From the human T2T-CHM13v2.0 reference genome, Homo sapiens, in the NCBI RefSeq assembly GCF_009914755.1, contig NC_060945.1: a stretch of 64,000 bases of DNA; one strand, given 5' to 3'. The notes below the pieces were generated by a model that was given only the letters and a program-made list of their open reading frames with translations, ran no database searches and was not told where the DNA came from. The position numbers and the translations under genes were made by a program. Shown piece after piece: positions 61,901-64,000 of the stretch (position 1 is its first letter; every line of letters begins with the position of its first letter).

Positions 61901-64000
61901 TCCAAATATGGTTGTATTCTGGGATTCCAGGTAGACATATCTTTTGGGGCCACAATTCAACCTACTATGATACCTAATGAAAAGTGTCATTTAGTATGGA
62001 CCTCTTAAATTTCACGTTACAAACTACAGAGAACTGTGACTGTGAAATTCAACTTTTCAGAAGTGACTATAATATCCTGAAATAAAGTATATCTCTGTCT
62101 TCAAATGCTTTTACTAGATTCCTTGCACACAGATTTATGTGGTGTACTATAATCATCACAAAAGAATGACACAGTACTCTCTTTCAGTATGTTTACTGTT
62201 TTTCCAGGAAGATAAATCAGGAATATACAAAAAAATCAAACCCAGTTTAAGAGAGCAAATTAATAGACATCCAAAGGCAGTAATTGAGGGGTTATAAAAT
62301 AGGTGAGTGCATAAGTTTAGAGAAGAAAGCTATCTGAGGTCTGGATTCAATTGAAAAGGTTTCATAAGTAATAGGGAGCTAGAGAAGGAGGTTGGAGAAT
62401 AAAGAATGGAATGGACCACATTCCAGGAAGTTGAAAGAGGAGATAAACCACAGTGAACTAAGGGTTGAGGTAGGCAAGTGACTGGTGATCAAGAGGAAGA
62501 GGTGGAAAATTGAGTAATTCGAGAGCAAACCATGAATTAAATGTAGAATAAGAGCTTGACTTTTATTCTACACTAAGTAAAAATCCACTGATTTTTGAAA
62601 CATGGGTTATGAGTGAGCTTATCTTTTCTAGCTTATTTTTTCTACTGTCTCTCTTCTTCCTTCTATTTTGTTCCAGGATAGTCTTTCCAAAACTCTACTC
62701 TGCACATCAAAAATTCCTTCCAATTTTTTTTTTTATTTCTTCAGCTCGTCCCTCAAACTCATTATTTTCTCCCATTTTTTCCCTCTAAACTGTTTTTCTG
62801 AAAATTATCCTAGAGCTTCTTCTGTCATTTTGATGTGCATATTTACAAACAAGTGGGCCTTACACAAAAGTACAATCACCTGCCAGACACTTTTTTGCAC
62901 TTAAACCTACAGCCTATTTAGATGTCAATTATAGTTGAATATTCCTTTGATTAATAGCTAAGGTTTCTATATTTTATACAGATTTAATCCTACTGTAATG
63001 ACATGCAAAGCAGATTTAAGTTTATATTTAGCAGGGATCTGTTGAAAATGTGAATGAAATTCTGTCTGAGCTGGAACCACGTTGTGCAGAGCCCGTGGTT
63101 CTTTGCTGGTGAGGCCCTTAACCCCTCTGGCTACAGAGTTATTTTTCTTTGGCACCCAAAGGTGGAGCAGGGACAGATGATGAAGGGGGCAGCAGTTCAA
63201 ACATGCTGTTCTATCATGTAAATATTCTCTAAGCACTAGCGCTGGACTATTACTCTCAGCAGTTTATTAGTTCATAGGAAAAATACAAGTAAATGTGGAA
63301 ATAAACATTGCAGGCAAAGTTGCTTTTAATAGTGTATCTAGTCTTAATATTCCCAATTTAGTCATTTCTGGAAATCAACACAAGTGAAGATTACAAGCTC
63401 CGTTGCTATATCTTTACAATGATTATTTCTAACACAGTGAAAACAGATTGACGGCATCATCTACAGAGTAAGCTGTGGTTAGTTGTACGTTTCCATTTCC
63501 CTTTCTGTGTCTTTTCCACTATAAATCACCTGACTGCAAATAGCCAAGTATCATAGACACGCTTTGTTTTCCAAGCCTTGTACATGTTGAGTAGAACACT
63601 TTTAAAATGTCCCACATTGTAGAGTATAGCATAGCATAAGCTTCAGGAGAAATACGACAGCATCAGTTGGTTGCAGTAGGAAAACCATCCCAGAGCCACG
63701 ATTAATAGAGAAAAGACACAGACAAAATTAAAAATTTTGTGGACTTGCTAGACAAACTTTTTCTGAAATGTCTTCTCACCTTTCAAACAACACAAAGAAA
63801 AGTATGAGTGGCCTCTGATTCTGGATAAAGAAGAAGAATATTGTAGCTAATTTACACCAAAGTCATCCACATCTCTCCAACACCCAATCCTTCCTAAAAG
63901 GTAACTAAACCTATCCAGTAACAGTAAACTTGCTCCTAGGTGGACTCATCTTCCATTTCACTCCCACAAATGTCAGGAAGGATTCTAAGGTTCTGAGGAA

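Overview
Human (primate) genomic DNA, AT-rich and repeat-dense, with no credible protein-coding gene. An exact pre-miR-125b-2 hairpin at 3711-3799 (+) identifies the locus as the 3' part of the lncRNA host gene MIR99AHG (LINC00478/C21orf34) on 21q21.1. About 1.5 kb upstream lies a CpG/G-rich promoter-like segment ending in a strong splice donor (2221/2222). Candidate lncRNA exons occur at about 20470, 40663, 41946-42037 and 44246/44281. The rest is mostly transposon fossils: about 15 Alu elements or pieces, old L1M/L2/MIR, hAT MER elements, and three solo LTRs with intact target-site duplications (THE1, LTR7, LTR2). The most notable structures are: an L1PA3-like insertion combining a twin-priming inversion with a 3' transduction; a solo LTR7 carrying the ACAAAAGA SOX motif; an Alu cluster with a triplicated target site; an AluY lacking a TSD; an RFX X-box cluster; and a small ORF at the start of the putative terminal exon. 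I see no firm evidence of a wholly new biological system, so the findings are testable leads. Repeat subfamily calls come from recalled consensus sequences, not from a database search.
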